Part shown: one piece after another, positions 37,718 through 52,500 of the stretch
How the letters are laid out: each line of letters begins with the position of its first letter
Numbering within the stretch: position 1 is the stretch's first letter
DNA from: Squalus acanthias
Lineage: Eukaryota
Assembly: GCA_030390025.1 (NCBI GenBank)
Contig: CM059431.1
Location: 158,288,001-158,352,000 of the forward strand
Reading direction: 5' to 3'
DNA length: 64,000 nucleotides
Notes under the pieces: model-generated
What the model saw: the letters and a program-made list of their open reading frames with translations, nothing else
Databases searched by the model: none
What the model was told of the DNA's origin: nothing
Program-made: the position numbers and the translations under genes

Positions 37718-39769
37718 CTGTAAAAGTGTAAATGAGAACAGGTTACAATACTATGTTTGCTTTGAAGCAATGCATAATTTGAACTAACTTTTAGAGTCGC
37801 AGCTTTTCTTTAGAGCCTTTCAAACAGTGAGACGGCCAATGGCGCCTCACAGAGCAGGAATTTAGAGTTAAAGCTGCCTCCTTTTCGTAGAGTTAAGAGA
37901 AACGACCTAGTACTTGCAACATGTGGAGGTTGTTTAAAGTAAGTAGGAAGTAAAGTGTGGAAGCCCAAGGGAACGGATTCCAATCAGTGGTGCTGACGAC
38001 TTTGTTGGAGTCCGAAGCAGAGGAACCAATAATCTGGGGACCACAGCAAAGGGAGAGGATGGACCAGAAATAAAAGAGGGTTTCTGAAGAAGACTGTAAA
38101 ATTAAGACGCTCGAGACCGTAAAGGGAATTGTAGATGAGCAGGAGTCTTTCACAAATTGTCTGGGATAGCAAGTGAATGTCGGTCACCGACGAATGGGAT
38201 TATGGATAATTGGAGATGAGGGTGAATTGATGAATTGAAGCAGTCGAGCTCTGGAGATTCTATCTAGCAGTGCCCTTAAGTCGTTTAAGGAATCGAGTCT
38301 AAACGTCACAAAAGCGTATCTAAAACACGAGCAAATATTCATATGTTATCATATATCCAGAAAATAATAATATGATGGTTGCGGACGGTGATCTGAGAAT
38401 CCATCCGAAATTTATTGCTTGGAATCACCAGATGCTGCTGAGCAATTAGAAATAGTCGTGACTGTCGCTTGTTAGCCTAAAGAGCTAATAAATAATGCAC
38501 AGATAGTTAAAGAAAGTAACAGTAAATGCAAGCTCATTCCTTCTTTCTTGGGAAAACTAAACTGCGATACGGACCGGAGAAATTGAAATACTGTGAATGT
38601 AAATGTACTCAAAATAAATTTGATAGATATCAATACAACAATTACAAGAACACAACATTGGGAAAAAGTTATTGATATCAAACTGAAATAATAACTAATT
38701 CTCAAATACCACATCTGAAACATGGCAATAGCTGTTAGGAATCATAATTGAATGTAACTGATTCTAAAATGCCTATCGATGGAAGTAGAAAGGCCTGAGA
38801 GATACTAAATAAAGAACGGCCCGGAATCAGCGGTCAGCGCGAAGCAAAGGCATTTGCTGCGGCCACAAAGTTAGCTTGACACAAACATCTCGCAGTCATG
38901 TTTTCCGAAGTGTAATTCAAATCAACGGAGCATCATTGGGAATCCCGAGTGCAAGCTGCTGTGAAGTCAACAGGCTGTCTAAGCATCCAACCAAAACGCA
39001 GAATTCTCACAGACAGCGAACAAGGAAGTGAATAAGCTGTTAAATTTCTCACAATTAAAAAAATGATTGAGCGAACGAAACAAATATTGGGGCTCTAACA
39101 TGGGGAAAATGCAAAGCAGAAATAAGGAGGAAAAGTCTTTTAAAATAATTACATTTTCAGAATAATGTTAATTTTTATTTAAATGAATAAAGTTGTCTCT
39201 GCACAAAATAAAAAAAATAGATTTTCTGGCCATCACATTTGTTTAGAATTCAATACGCTGCTGCAATCCAGTTACACCCTTCCCTTTCAGTCAAACTTTT
39301 AGTGGGGAATTCAAGAGCGCAATTACTGTGAAAGAGCCGAAGATTACATCAGTTTCCCTGATTTGAGAGATTTCCATGATTACCGGCTCTTGGTGGGCAC
39401 AGCGTAGCCTCTGCAATTTTATTGGAGTTAAAGGAAGGGAACATAGGACCGAGCGAACAACGGGCAGCAGATGCAATACCGGCCGTTTTTCGGCGAGGAC
39501 AAAACACAGGCCGTATCGCATCCATCGCCTATTATATGTTGCGCGCGAATAAACTTGAATTGAGCTAAATACGGGCGTGTTTGTAACTGTCGGCAAATGT
39601 TACCGGCCATTGTGTGTCCCCGACAATTAGAATTTCATCCTCATGGACATTAACTTAAAATAAGTTCCTCGACATAAATCATTAACTCTCTTACTCTGAA
39701 AGTAAACGAGATCTTTTGCAAATAGATTTTGACATCGCCTACATTCTAGATCATGTTTTGTCCCTGTAC

Positions 39770-39941
39770 CTGTCTTCTGTATATCTGATAATGTGGCATT
39801 CAGTTTGGGTTTTGTATTCTGCAGTTGAAGAAATATGTTCCACATTGTTCTTTCTCCCCGAGCTCCCTTTTCCAGCGCGGTATCGAAAATGCGTTGGGAA
39901 GCATCGTTTCTGCGCTGACTTTCAGCAAGTGTACTGATTTC
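39770..39941 (-). CDS. CARD-like exon B, unit 2 (EISTLAESQRRNDASQRIFDTALEKG...LSDIQKT)
   Basis: 172 nt, intact AG and ACAG|gtacag, open. Confidence 0.78.
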
Positions 39942-40198
39942 CTAAAAAAAATATTACAATCATATTGAACACAGTATTTTACAAAATCAGCTAAGAAACG
40001 TCGGTTTTCTTTCTCCCTCTCTTTAAGGGAGGAATGAATAGAAAAGCTCACAATCAGGTGACCAAAATCTATGTCAACGAGATAAGTTATAAGGAGCGTC
40101 TCGAAAGAGCAGAGAATTGCAGACGGCCGGAGAGGATTAGAGAGTTAATTCCAGAGTTTACGACCGAGGCAGCACAACGCACGGCTACCGATGGTGGC

Positions 40199-41910
40199 AT
40201 AGAACATATAGAACAGTGCAGCACATTACAGGCCCTTCGGCCCGCGATGTTGTGCCGAGCATTGTCCGAGACCAAGATCAAGCTATCACACTCCCTATCA
40301 CTCTGGTGTGCTCCATGTGCTTATCCAATAACCGCTTGAAAGTTCCTAAAGTGTCAGACTCCACTATCACAGCAGGCAGTCCATTCCACACCCCAACCAC
40401 TCTCTGAGTAAAGAATCTACCTCGGACTTCCCTTCTATATCTCCCCCCATACACCTTATAGTTATGCCCCCTTGTAACAGCTGCCTCTACCCGAGGAAAT
40501 AGTCTCTGAACATCCACTCTATCTATCCCCCTCATCATCTTATAAACCTCTATTAAGTCGCCTCTCATCCTCCTCCGCTCTAAAGAGAAAAGCCCCAACT
40601 CCCTCAATCTTTCCTCATAAGACCTCCCCCCCAAACCAGGCAGCATCCTGGTAAATCTCCTTTGCACTCTTTCCAATGCTTCTACGTCCTTCCTATAGTG
40701 AGGTGACCAGAACTGCACACAATATTCCAAATGTGGTCTCACCAAGGTCCTGTACAGTTGCAGCATAACCTCACGGTTCTTAAACTCAAACCCTCTGTTA
40801 ATAAACGCCAACACACCATAGGCCTTCTTTACTGCTCTATCAACTTGAGTGGCAACCTTCAGAGATCTGTGGATATGAACCCCCATATCCCTCTGCTCCT
40901 CCACGTTCCTCAGAACCCTGCCGTTGACCCTGTAATCCTTATTCAAATTTGCCCTCCCAAAATGAATCACCTCGCACTTATCAGGGTTAAATTCCATCTG
41001 CCATTTTTCGGCCCAGCTCTGCATCCTATCAATGTCTCTTTGCAGCCTACAACTGCCCTCCACCTCATCCACTACTCCACCAATCTTGGTGTCATCAGCA
41101 AATTTACTGATCCACCCTTCAGTCCCCTCCTCCAAGTCATTGATAAAAATCACAAACAGCAGAGGACCCAGCACCGACCCCTGTGACACACCGCTGGTAA
41201 CTGGTCTCCAGTCCGAAAATGTTCCATCCACCACCACCCTCTGCCTTCTATGAGATAGCCAGTTACTTATCCAATCGGCCAAATTTCCCTCTATCCCACA
41301 ACTCCTTACTTTCTTCATGAGACGACCATGGGGAACCTTATCAAACGCCTTACTAAAATCCATGTATACGACATCAACTGCTCTACCTTCATCTACACAC
41401 TTAGTTATCTCCTCAAAGAATTTAATCAAATTTGTTAGGCAAGACTTACCCTTCACGAATCCGTGTTGACTATCCCTGATTAAGTTGCCCCTTTCCAAAT
41501 GGTCATAAATCCTATCCCTCAGGACTTTTCCATTATCTTACCAACCACCGAAGTAAGACTAACCGGCCTATAATTACCAGGGTCATTTCTATTTCCTTTC
41601 TTGAAGAGAGGAACAACATTCGCCACTCTCCAGTCCTCTGGCACCATCCCCGTGGACAGTGAGGACCCAAAGATCAAAGCCAGAGGCTCTGCAATCTCCT
41701 CCCTTGCCTCCCAAAGAATCCTAGGATATATCCCATCTGGCCCAGGGGACTTATCGACACTCAGGTTCTTCAAAATTGCTAAAACATCTTCCCTCAGAAC
41801 AACTACCACCTCCAGCCTATCCACCTTTATCACACTCTCATCCTCAAGAACATGGCCCCTCTCCACGGTGAACACTGACGAAAAGTATTCATTCATCACC
41901 TCTCCTATCT
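40199..41910 (-). mobile_element. Young 5'-truncated CR1 LINE inserted only in unit 2
   Basis: 406-aa RT ORF 40278-41498 plus upstream frame 41519-41910. Inserted in atggtggc|gtgaagag, which is empty in the other units. Confidence 0.96.
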
Positions 41911-44900
41911 CGTGAAGAGAATCGGAGTTGTGCAATGGTTCAGAATTTGATGAGCACAGAGATCACGGAGGATTGTAGGGCTGGAGGATGTTGCAGAGAT
42001 AGAGAGGACTAGCGTTGAGTCACCGAGGGAAGCTGAATTTTCTCAACTGATATGAAAAAATGTTAAGTGCCAAATAAAAGGGGAAAAGTCAGATTTCAGG
42101 AATATGCTTCGTGCAAAATGAAGCATTATTTGTTCTTAGTAACAGCAATGTTCTGGAAAGCGCACAACGTGCTTTTAGAAACTCAAACTGCTCAGATTGT
42201 AAAACAATGCGGGTGAATTTGGAATCGGCCAGTCACATGACAGGTGCTGATACCGAATGGTCGGCTCGTGTTGCACGCGTCCGTATTTCTTTATCATTGA
42301 TTGCAATTAGACTTCCGTTCATTTCAACTATCATTCATCGAATCAGCAGCACAGGCTTATCAGTCAATCCTTCATCTTCTATATGAACCATTTGCTTTGA
42401 ATACCTGAACAGTCCTGTCTTATGAGTAACTATTTTATTTGAAGTGTTTACGAAATGTCATCATTGTCCCGAATTCTGTCACCTGCCAATCAACAAATTC
42501 TTAAACTGTCAACGTTTTACCTTCTGCTCGTTAATCTCTATGTTTCTTTGATTTGATTTATATAATCAACCCCTTACATTCAATTTTTAAATCTACTTTT
42601 CATTTCCTTTTCTATGCACATCCAAATAATTCTTGTATGTGCTCCACCCGTTTTATTATCGTGTAATTCCTATATATCGTATCGCAATCATTTCCTACTT
42701 GGTACCTTCGTATTGCTTCCCGACGGAATTAACTGATCCATTCCGTCCCAATATATCTGGGCTAGTGTGTTCTTGATTTGTTGAAATTGGTTATCCTGTA
42801 CATATATATTGCTTTGATTTACTGTTCTTCTGAATTCTAATGATATCATTGCTTCTTAGATATCAGTTATCCGTTTGCAGAAATTGATACAATACTCATT
42901 CCTTCCCTGTTGTTCTGGAAACGTACCCATCTATCTCACGTCCTGGATACGTGGCAGATAGCACACTCCCTCTTCCACCCGTACATCACTTCTAAACTTT
43001 AGATATTTAAAGTAATCCATATCTTTGATACCCTCGCTAAAATGTCTCCATTTTTTCAATATATCGCTTCATCAATCCGTGACCCACCACTTGTGCATGA
43101 TAATGAACTCCTCATAGTTAATGCCCAGTTTTTGCGATCGCAGGAATCCTGGGTGCGGAGGTCTGCAATCTGGAAAAATCTACGCCCTTACCTTCGGGAT
43201 CCCGGGCCGCACAGTATTCCGATCCTGGGCCTCTCCAATCTCCACTTGCGCATGGCCCTATTATCCCAGAGGATCAGGCAGATTACAGGGTGCCTGGGAT
43301 CATGTGGGCCATGGGGAGCCAATCAAAGTAGGAAAACTGCATTCATACACTTGACAGGAAAACCTTTCAAATATATGAATGGAGATCACCCCAAAAACAT
43401 ATTGGCGAAGAAATTCCTTTCGCAGGCCGCCCGCGGGCGGAGGACTGCGATCTGGAAAAATCTGTGCCTGGACCGGAGGGGTCCCGGGAGGCGCAGAGTT
43501 CCGTTGCTTGGTCTCTCCAAACTTCCGATGCGCAGGGCCCACGTATCGTAGAGGCGCTTGCGGTTCGCAGCGTCCCTGGGATCACGTAGGGAGCCAATCA
43601 GAGAAGTGAATCTCCCTTCATACACTTGACAGGAAGACCTGTCCAATATATGAATGGAATTCACCCCGAAAACATAGTAAAAGCTAGCCTTAGCCCTGCT
43701 TTTAGCAGGCATACAATTTCTAATGGTTTTCTGCAGGCGGGGGTTCTCCAGAAAGCGGAACTATCCGTCCGCAGAAGACCTTCTCCAGGCTTGGCGTCCA
43801 ATCTGTCAAGAGCATTCTTGACAGATCGGAAATTACGGATTTGAGCGCATGCGCTTGGCATGCCTGAAACCGGCATTTCCGATGTCCCTGCGGTTGTGTA
43901 CACAGCGCGTACACACCCGTAAGCATCGGAAAATACCGGCCCATTAACGCCAAGCTCCCAGACGTGCGCTTACATTAACCATGTCTTCATATCATAACTT
44001 CCTAGAGCATCATCAGACAATCGCAACCTTCAACTAATCAGCTTTATTCAGCATCCTTTATTAATATGTGTTATATAACTTCAGGAAATATTGGAAAATA
44101 GATCAGATAGACATCAAGGATGCGATTCGGAATTTTATTTTAAATAGGACATGATGGCTGTCGTGACAGTAGATGCCGGTAATGTTGATGTCCCTGAGCA
44201 TTGGGCAGAAGAATGAATGTGAAGGCTTAAAGTTGCGTAACCCATGGACTGGATGAATTTTGCGAGTGCTTGGTGAGACGTAGAAAAATGCAGATTTTTT
44301 GAGGTGGTTAATTATAAGTAATAACTGTGGCAGGGAAGTTGGTAGATAGGCAGGTAGAATCCGCCATGCAGTGAAGTTGGAAGGAGAAAAGAAATGGAAG
44401 CAACGACTTGAATATGTTCAGTAGAAAGTTCTAGAAATTGGTGCCACGGGCAGTGACTCACACGAATCGTCTCGTTTAATTAAAATGCTCGTTTGCTTTG
44501 CTAAAGAACGGACAGAATTTCTCGGCCGTGAGCGACAGCTTATTTTAAATATGTCAGTTAATTTCTTTTCCTGAGATTAGATATATGTGGCTATTAGATG
44601 TTCTATCTAGCTCCAGGATATCCATTGGGTCTTTGCTGAGGACGCGTGATGGTTGTGCTGCTAGTGGTATCTTATTCAAATATTCATTACAATATTTGGC
44701 CCGTAATTTCCTTTAGGAGGCTGCCTGCGTGCGGTTGACTCCTATCGGGAATAAATCTACGCCCTTACCTGAGTGCTCCCGAGGAATAGCCATTTCCGAT
44801 CCTGGGCCTGTCCACAGTAGAAATGCGCAGGGCCCACCTGATCCCAGGGACACCTGCGACGCTCGTGAGCCCCTGAGATATGTGGACAGGCGAGAGAATA

Positions 44901-46198
44901 GAAGGGAATCTCCCTTCCTACCCTTGACAGATAGAGCTGTCAAAGGTATGAATAAAGATCACCCCAAAAACAAATCAAAACAATAAATACATTTTTCAAA
45001 AGCATCGCGTTTTTAAAATGAGTAACATTTAAATTAATTTATATATTTTAAACAAAAATGTAATGTTTTGAAAAAATTTATTATAGATTTTTACGGATCT
45101 AAAATTAAACTTACCTTATTTAGAAGTTCTTAAAAATTATAAATGAGCGAAAAAATATGTATTTTTTTACTTTTTTAAACTCTGGTGCTCTGAAAAGCAA
45201 GCCTTACGCCTGCTTTTACCAGGAGTACGAATTTTAACTGTTTTCAAGACCGGATGTCCTGCAGCAAGCGGAAATCTCCACCCGCAGAGGCCCTTCTCTG
45301 GGGCAAGCGTCTGATCTGTCAAGATGATTCTTGACAGATCGGAAATGCCGGTTTTAGCGCATGCACTTCGCATGCCTGAAACCGGCATTACCGATGACCC
45401 TACGGGTGTGTACACAGCGCGTACTCACACGTAGGCATCGGAAAATACGAGCCATTGTGTCTTGGCGTGTTCATGCAATCCTGAAATTTGAATTAATTGC
45501 TCCTTGGATAGGATGCCATTTATGTCCGATTACAGAAACAACAGTAACCCGAATCCCTGCAGAAATACGGCCAAGGTAAATAGCTTAACTGCAAGACGTT
45601 TTCCAGTGAATTATCAGTTGATTAGAGAGTCTCTTTCTGCAGATGGTTTTTGCATGTCACTTATGCGGCACAAATGTTACTAGCTAATTATCCACCAAAA
45701 CTGGCATGTTGACCAGATCTTGTTGCATACGGGCATGGACTGTTTAGTTACCTGAGGAATTGGGAATGGAATTGAACACTGCAATCATCAGTGTACAGCA
45801 CAAATTCTGACCGTATGACAGAAAAAAATGAATTGATGATGCAGCTGACGATATTTGGGTCGAGGATTCTTCCACGATGAACTCATGGTTATAACATGAG
45901 ATGCTGCTCTCTTATTATTTAACGCATTAAAAACCTCAAGTTCTGTTTCCTTTGAGACGATATTAGCTGTAATCTAAGAGCACGTAAAAGGGTGGGCCGT
46001 GAGAAGGCTGTTATCATTCACCCCATGGCTTTCAAGTCCTCGCACCACCACACCTACGACGCGAACATAAAGTCGACAGAGAATACAACCTTTAAACCAT
46101 CAAAGCCATGCCGTTCCAGACCGACTTGAACAATCGCCCAACAACTCGTCTCATATTTAGGAGGCCATTTAGACAATACAAACATATATGTAGCATAC

Positions 46199-46368
46199 CT
46201 TATGAATTGTTTCAGTAAACACGTTTGCATCTTAGAGCGATTGACTAACAGCTTCCACGAATTCTTCAATTGACGATTCTCGTCTCTGACGGTAGCAGCC
46301 GATAATTCTTCCAAGATGGATATCGTTGTAGATCGACAACATTAGTAACATTTTAGTCTCTGAATGTT
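46199..46368 (-). pseudogene. CARD-like exon A, unit 2, with nonsense codon
   Basis: Splice sites intact, but TTA(Leu)->TAA at 46232-46234. Confidence 0.75.
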
Positions 46369-48395
46369 CTGTAAAAGTGTAAATGAGAACAGGTTACAAT
46401 ACTATGTTTGCTTTGAGGTAATGAATAATTTGAACTAACTTTTAGAGCAGCAGCTTATCTTTAGAGCCTTTCAAACAGTGAGACGGCCAATGGCGCCTCA
46501 CAGAGCAGGAATTTAGAGTTAAAGCTGCCTGTTCTTCGTAGAGTTAAGAGAAACTACCGAGATCTTGCAACATTTGGAGGTTGTTTAAAGTAAGTAGGAA
46601 GTAAAGAGTGGAAGCCCAAGGCAACGGATTACAGACAGTGGTGCTAACGACTTTGTTGGAGTCCGGAGCAGAGGAACCAATAATCTGGAGAAAACAGCAA
46701 AGGGAGAGGATGGACCAGAAATAAAAGAGGGTTTCTGAAGAAGACTGTAAAATTAAGACGCTCGAGACCGTAAAGGGAATTGTAGATGAGTAGGAGTCTT
46801 TCGCAAATTGTCTGGGATAGGAAGTGAATGTAGGTCACCGACGAATGGGATTATGGATAAGTGGAAATGAGGGTGAATTGATGAATTGAAGCAGTCGAGC
46901 TCTGGAGATTCTATCTGGCAGTGCCCAAAAGTAGTTTAAGGAATCGAGTCTAAAGCTCACAAAAGCGTATCTAAAACACGAGAAAATATTCATATGTTAT
47001 CATATATCCAGAAAATTAAAATATGATGCTTGCGGACGGTGATCTGAGAATCCATTCGAAATTTATTGCTTGGAATCACCAGATGCTGCTGAGCAATTAG
47101 AAATAGTCGTGACTGTCGCTTGTTAGCCTAAAGAGCTAATAAATAATGCACAGATAGTTAAAGAAAGTAACAGTAAATACAAGCTCATTCCTTCTTTCTT
47201 GGGAAAACTAAACTGCGATACGGACCGGAGAAATTGAAATACTGTGAATCTAAATGTACTCAAAATAAATTTGATAGATATCAATACAACAATTACAAGA
47301 ACACACCATTGGGATAATGTTATTGATATCAAATTGAAATAATAATTAAATCTCAAATACCACATCTGAAACATGACAATAGCTGGTAGGAATCATAACT
47401 GAATGTACCTGATTCTAAAATGCCTATCGATGGAAGTAGAAAGACCTGAGAGATACTAAATAAAGAACGGCCCGGTATTAGCGGTCAGCGCGAAGCAAAG
47501 GCATTTGCTGCGGCCACAAAGTAAGCTTGACACAAAGATCTCGCAATCAGGTTTTCCGAAGTGTAATTTAAATCAACGGAGCATCATTGGGAATCCCGAG
47601 TGCAAGCTTCTGTGAAGTCAACAGGCTGTCTAAGCATCCAACCAAAACGCAGAATTCTCACAGACAGCGATCAAGGAAGTCAATAAGCTGTTAAACTTCT
47701 GACATTCAAAAAAAATGAATGAGCGAACTAAACAAATATTGGGGCTCTAACATGGGGAAAATGCAAAGCAGAAATAAGGAGGAAAAATCCTTTAAATTAA
47801 TTACATTTTCAGAATAATGTTAATTTTTATTTAAATGAATAAAGTTGTCTCTGCACAAAATTTAAATTAGATTTTCTGGCCATCACATTTGTTTAGAATT
47901 CATAACGCTGTTGCAATCCAGTTACACCCTTCCCTTTCAGTCAAACTTTTACTGGGGAATTCAAGAGCGCAATTACTGTGAAAGAGCCGAAGATTGCATC
48001 AGTTTTCCTGATTTTAGAGATTTCCCTGATTACCGGCTCTGGGTGGGCACAGCGCAGCCTCTGCAATTTTATTGGAGTCAAAGGATGGGAACATAGGACC
48101 GAGCGAACAACGGGCAGCAGATGCAATACCGGCCGTTTTTCGGCGAGGACAAAACACAGGCCGTATCGCATCCATCGCCTATTATATGTTGCGCGCGAAT
48201 AAACTTGAATTGAGCTGAATATCGGGCGTATGTGTAACTATCGGCTAATGTGATTCCGGCCATTGTGTGTCCCCGACAATTAGAATTTCATCCTCCTGGA
48301 CATTAACTTAAAATAAGTTCCTCGACATAAATAATGAACTCTCTTACTCTGAAAGTAAACGAGATCTTTTGCAATTAGATTTTGACATCGCCTAC

Positions 48396-48594
48396 CTTCT
48401 AGATCATATTTTCTCCCTGTATCTCTGTTCTGTATCTCTGACAATGTCGCTTTCAGTTTGGGTTTTGTATTCTGCAGTTGAAGAAATATGTTCCACATTG
48501 TTCTTTCTCCCCGAGCCCCCTTTTCCAGCACGGTATCGAAAATGCTTTGGGAAGCATCGTTTCTGCGCTGACTTTCAGCAAGTGCACTGATTTC
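48396..48594 (-). CDS. CARD-like exon B, unit 3 (EISALAESQRRNDASQSIFDTVLEKG...EIQNR(DTGRKYDLE))
   Basis: Open. Normal donor after 48423 reads AT; in-frame GAAG|gtaggc donor 27 nt downstream, as in unit 1. Confidence 0.72.
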
Positions 48595-49569
48595 CTAAAA
48601 ACATATTACAATCATATTGAACACAGTATTTTACAAAATCAGCTAAGAAACGTCGGTTTTGTTTCTCCCTCTCTTTATGGGAGGAATGAATAGAAAAGCT
48701 CGCAATCAGGTGACCAAAATCTGTGTGAACGAGATAAGTAATAAGGAGCGTCACTAAAGAGCAGAGAATGGCAGACGGCCGGAGAGGATTACAGAGTTTA
48801 TTCCAGAGTTTATGCCGAGGCAGCACAACGCACGGCTACCAATGGTGGCGTGAAGAGAATCCGGGTTGCGCAATGGTTCAGAATTTGATGAGCACAGAGA
48901 TCACGGAGGATTGTACGGCTGGAGGATGTTGCAGAGATAGAGAGGACCAGCGTTGAGTCAACGAGGGAAGCTGAATTTTCTCAACTGATATGAAAAAATG
49001 TAAAGTGCCAAATAAAAGGGGAAAAGTCAGATTTCAGGAATATGGTTCGTGCAAAATGAATCATTATTTGTTGTTAGTAACAGCAATGCTCTGGAAAGCT
49101 CACAACGTGCTTTTAGAAACTCAAACTGCACAGATTGTAAAACAATGCGGGTGAAATTGGAATCGGCCAGTCGCATGACAGGTGCTGACAGCGAATGGGA
49201 AGCTCGTGTTACACGCGTCCGTATTTCTTTCCCATTGATTGCAATTCGAATTCCGTTCATTTCAAGTATCATTCATCGAAACAGCAGCACAAGCTTATCA
49301 GTCAATCCTTCATCTTCTATATGAACCATTTGCTTTGAATACCTGAATAGTCCTGTCTTATGAGTCATTATTTTATTTGAAGTGTTTATCAAACGTGATC
49401 GTTGTCCCGAATTCTGCCTCATGCCAATCACCAAATTCTTAAACTGTCAACGTTTTACCTTCTGCTCGTTAACCACTATGTTTCTTTGATTTGATTTATA
49501 TAATCAACCCCCTACATTCAATTTGTAAATCTCCATTTCATTTCCTTTTCTATGCACATCCAAGTAATT

Positions 49570-52500
49570 GGCTGCTCGAGGAACTCCGGCTCCGTGTTGA
49601 TGAGCTGGAGTCCGAGCTTCAAACACTGCGACACATCAGGGAGGGGGAGAGTTGCCTGGACTCCGTGTTTCAGGAGGTAGTCACACCAATTAGAGTAACT
49701 AATTCAGAAGTAGCCCGTGGTCAGGGACAGGAAGGTGTGACTACGAGTGAGGCAGGTACAGGGATCCAGGAGGTAGTGTTGGAGGAGACGCAGCCCTTGC
49801 TCTTGTCCGACAGGTTCGAGGCTCTTACTCCCTGTGTGGATAGGAGCGGTGACTGCAGGGAGGATGAGCAACCTGGCCACAGCACCGTGGTAAGGGGGGC
49901 CATTCAAGTGGGGGAGTAAAAAGAAATGTTGTTGTGGTAGGGGATAGTATCATTAGGGGGATAGATAGGGTTCTTTGCAGCCAAGAGCGAGAGTCCCGAA
50001 GGCTGTGTTGCCTGCCCGGTGCCAGGGTTAAGGACATCTCCTCTGGACTGGAGAGAAACTTGGAGTGGGAGGGGGAGGATCCAGTTGTCGTTGTCCATGT
50101 TGGTACCAATGACATAGATAGGACAAGGAAAGAGTTTCTGCTGAGGGAGTTTGAGCAGCTAGGGGCCAAATTAAAAAGCAGAACCTCGAGGGTAATAATA
50201 TCTGGATTACTACCTGAGCCACGAGCAAATTTGGCTAGGGTAACTAAAATCAGGGAGTTGAATGCGTGGCTCAAAGACTGGTGTGGGAAAAATGGGTTTT
50301 GCTTCTTGGGACACTGGCACCAGTCCTGGGGCAGGAGAGAGCTGTTCCGTTGGGACGGACTTCACTTGGCCAGTGCTGGGACTAGTGTCCTGGCGAATCG
50401 AATAACTAGCGCTTTGGAGAGGGCTTTAAACTAATTAGTGTGGGGGAGGTTTCAAGAGAGCAAAAAATAAAAATGACAACAGAGAGGGTCATAGACATAG
50501 GTAGCAGTAGGGGAATCACAAATCAGAGCGTTGCAGGAAGGGACAGATTGTGTGGAGTAAAAGGTAAAGTGGTAAAAAGTGAAAAAGCAGGAACTAAGTG
50601 CCACAAAGCATATTTGAAAGTTCTCTATCTGAATGCACGTAGCATTCGTAACAAAATAGACGAGTTAATAGCACAAATAACTATATATGGTTATGATATT
50701 GTGGCCATTACAGAAACATGGCTGCAGGATGACAATGCCTGGGAATTAAACATACCAGGTTATTTAACGATCAGGAAGGACAGGCAGGAAGGAAGGGGAG
50801 GTGGGTTGGCTATGTTAATAAAGGAAGGAATCACTGTAATACAGAGTAATGATATTGGGTCAAAAAATCATGATCATGAAACAGTTTGGGTGGAGATAAG
50901 GAATAATAAGGGGAAAAAAACACTAGTGGGCGTAGTCTATAGGCCTCCGAACAGTTGCAACTCTGTTGGACGGAGTATCAATCAGGAAATGGTTGAGGCA
51001 TGTAATAAGGGAATATCTATAATTATGGGGGATTTTAACTATCATATTAATTGGACAAATCAAATGGGGCAGGGCTGCCTTGAGGATGAGTTCATTGAGT
51101 GTATTAGGGATGGGTTTCTTGAGCAGTATGTAACTGAACCGACCAGGGGGCAAGCAACCTTAGATCTGGTCCTGTGTAACGAGACAGGATTAATTAAAAA
51201 TGTCCTAGTAAAGGATCCCCTTGGAATGAGTGACCATAACATGGTTGAATTCCATATTCAATTAGAGGGCGAGAAGGTTGGATCTCAAACAAGCGTGCTA
51301 AGCTTGAATAAAGGAGACTATGAAGGTATGCGAGCGGAATTGAGTAGAGTGGATTGGGAAAATAGATTAAAGGCTATGACGACACATGATCAGTGGTGTA
51401 CATTCAAGGAGTTATTTTACAACTTCCAAAAAATATATATTCCACTGAAAAGAAAAGGGTGTAAAAGAAAGGACAGTCATCCGTGGCTAAGTAAAGAAAT
51501 TAAGGATTGTATGCGACTAAAAACAAGGGCATATAAGGTAGCGAAATCTAGTGGGAGGACAGAGGATTGGGAAATCTTTAAAAGGAAGCAAAAAATAACA
51601 AAAACATTGATTAAGAAAGGGAAGATAGATTATGAATGTAAATTAGCAAAAAATATAAAAACAGATAGTAAGAGTTTTTATAGTTATATAAAAAGAAAAA
51701 GGGTGGCTAAAGTAAATGTTGGTCCCTTAGAGGATGAGACCGGGAAATTAATGGTGGGAAATATGGAGATGGCAAAAACACTGAATGAATATTTTGTATC
51801 AGTCTTTACAGTAGAGGACACTAAGAATATCCCAACACTGGACAAACAGGGGTCTATAGGGGGAGAGGAGCTAAACACGATCAAAATCACTAAGGAAGTT
51901 GTACTCGGTAAAATAATGGGACTCAAGGCGGATAAATCACCTGGACCTGATGGCTTACATCCTAGAGTCTTGAAGGAAGTGGCGGTAGGGATTGTAGATG
52001 CATTGGTAATAATTTTTCAAAACTCCCTGGATTCCGCTAAGGTCCCGGCAGACTGGAAAACTGCTAATGTAACACCCTTATTTTAAAAGGGCAGCAGACA
52101 GAAGGCTGGTAACTATAGACCGGTTAGCCTAACATCTGTGGTAGGTAACATTTTGGAGTCCATTATTAAGGAAACAGTAACAGGACATTTGGATAATCAT
52201 AATTTAATAGGACAAAGTCAGCATGGTTTTACGAAGGGGAAGTCATGTTTGACAAATTTGCTGGAGTTCTTTGAGGAAGTAACATATAGAGTGGATAAAG
52301 GGGAACCAGTGGACGTAGTGTATTTAGACTTCCAAAAGCCATTTGACAAGGTGCCACACAAAAGATTATTGCTTAAGGTAAAAAATCACGGGATTGGGGG
52401 TAATATTCTGGCATGGATAGAGGATTGGCTATCTAACAGAAAGCAAAGAGTTGGGATAAATGGTTCATTCTCAGACTGGCAATCAGTAACTAGTGGTGTT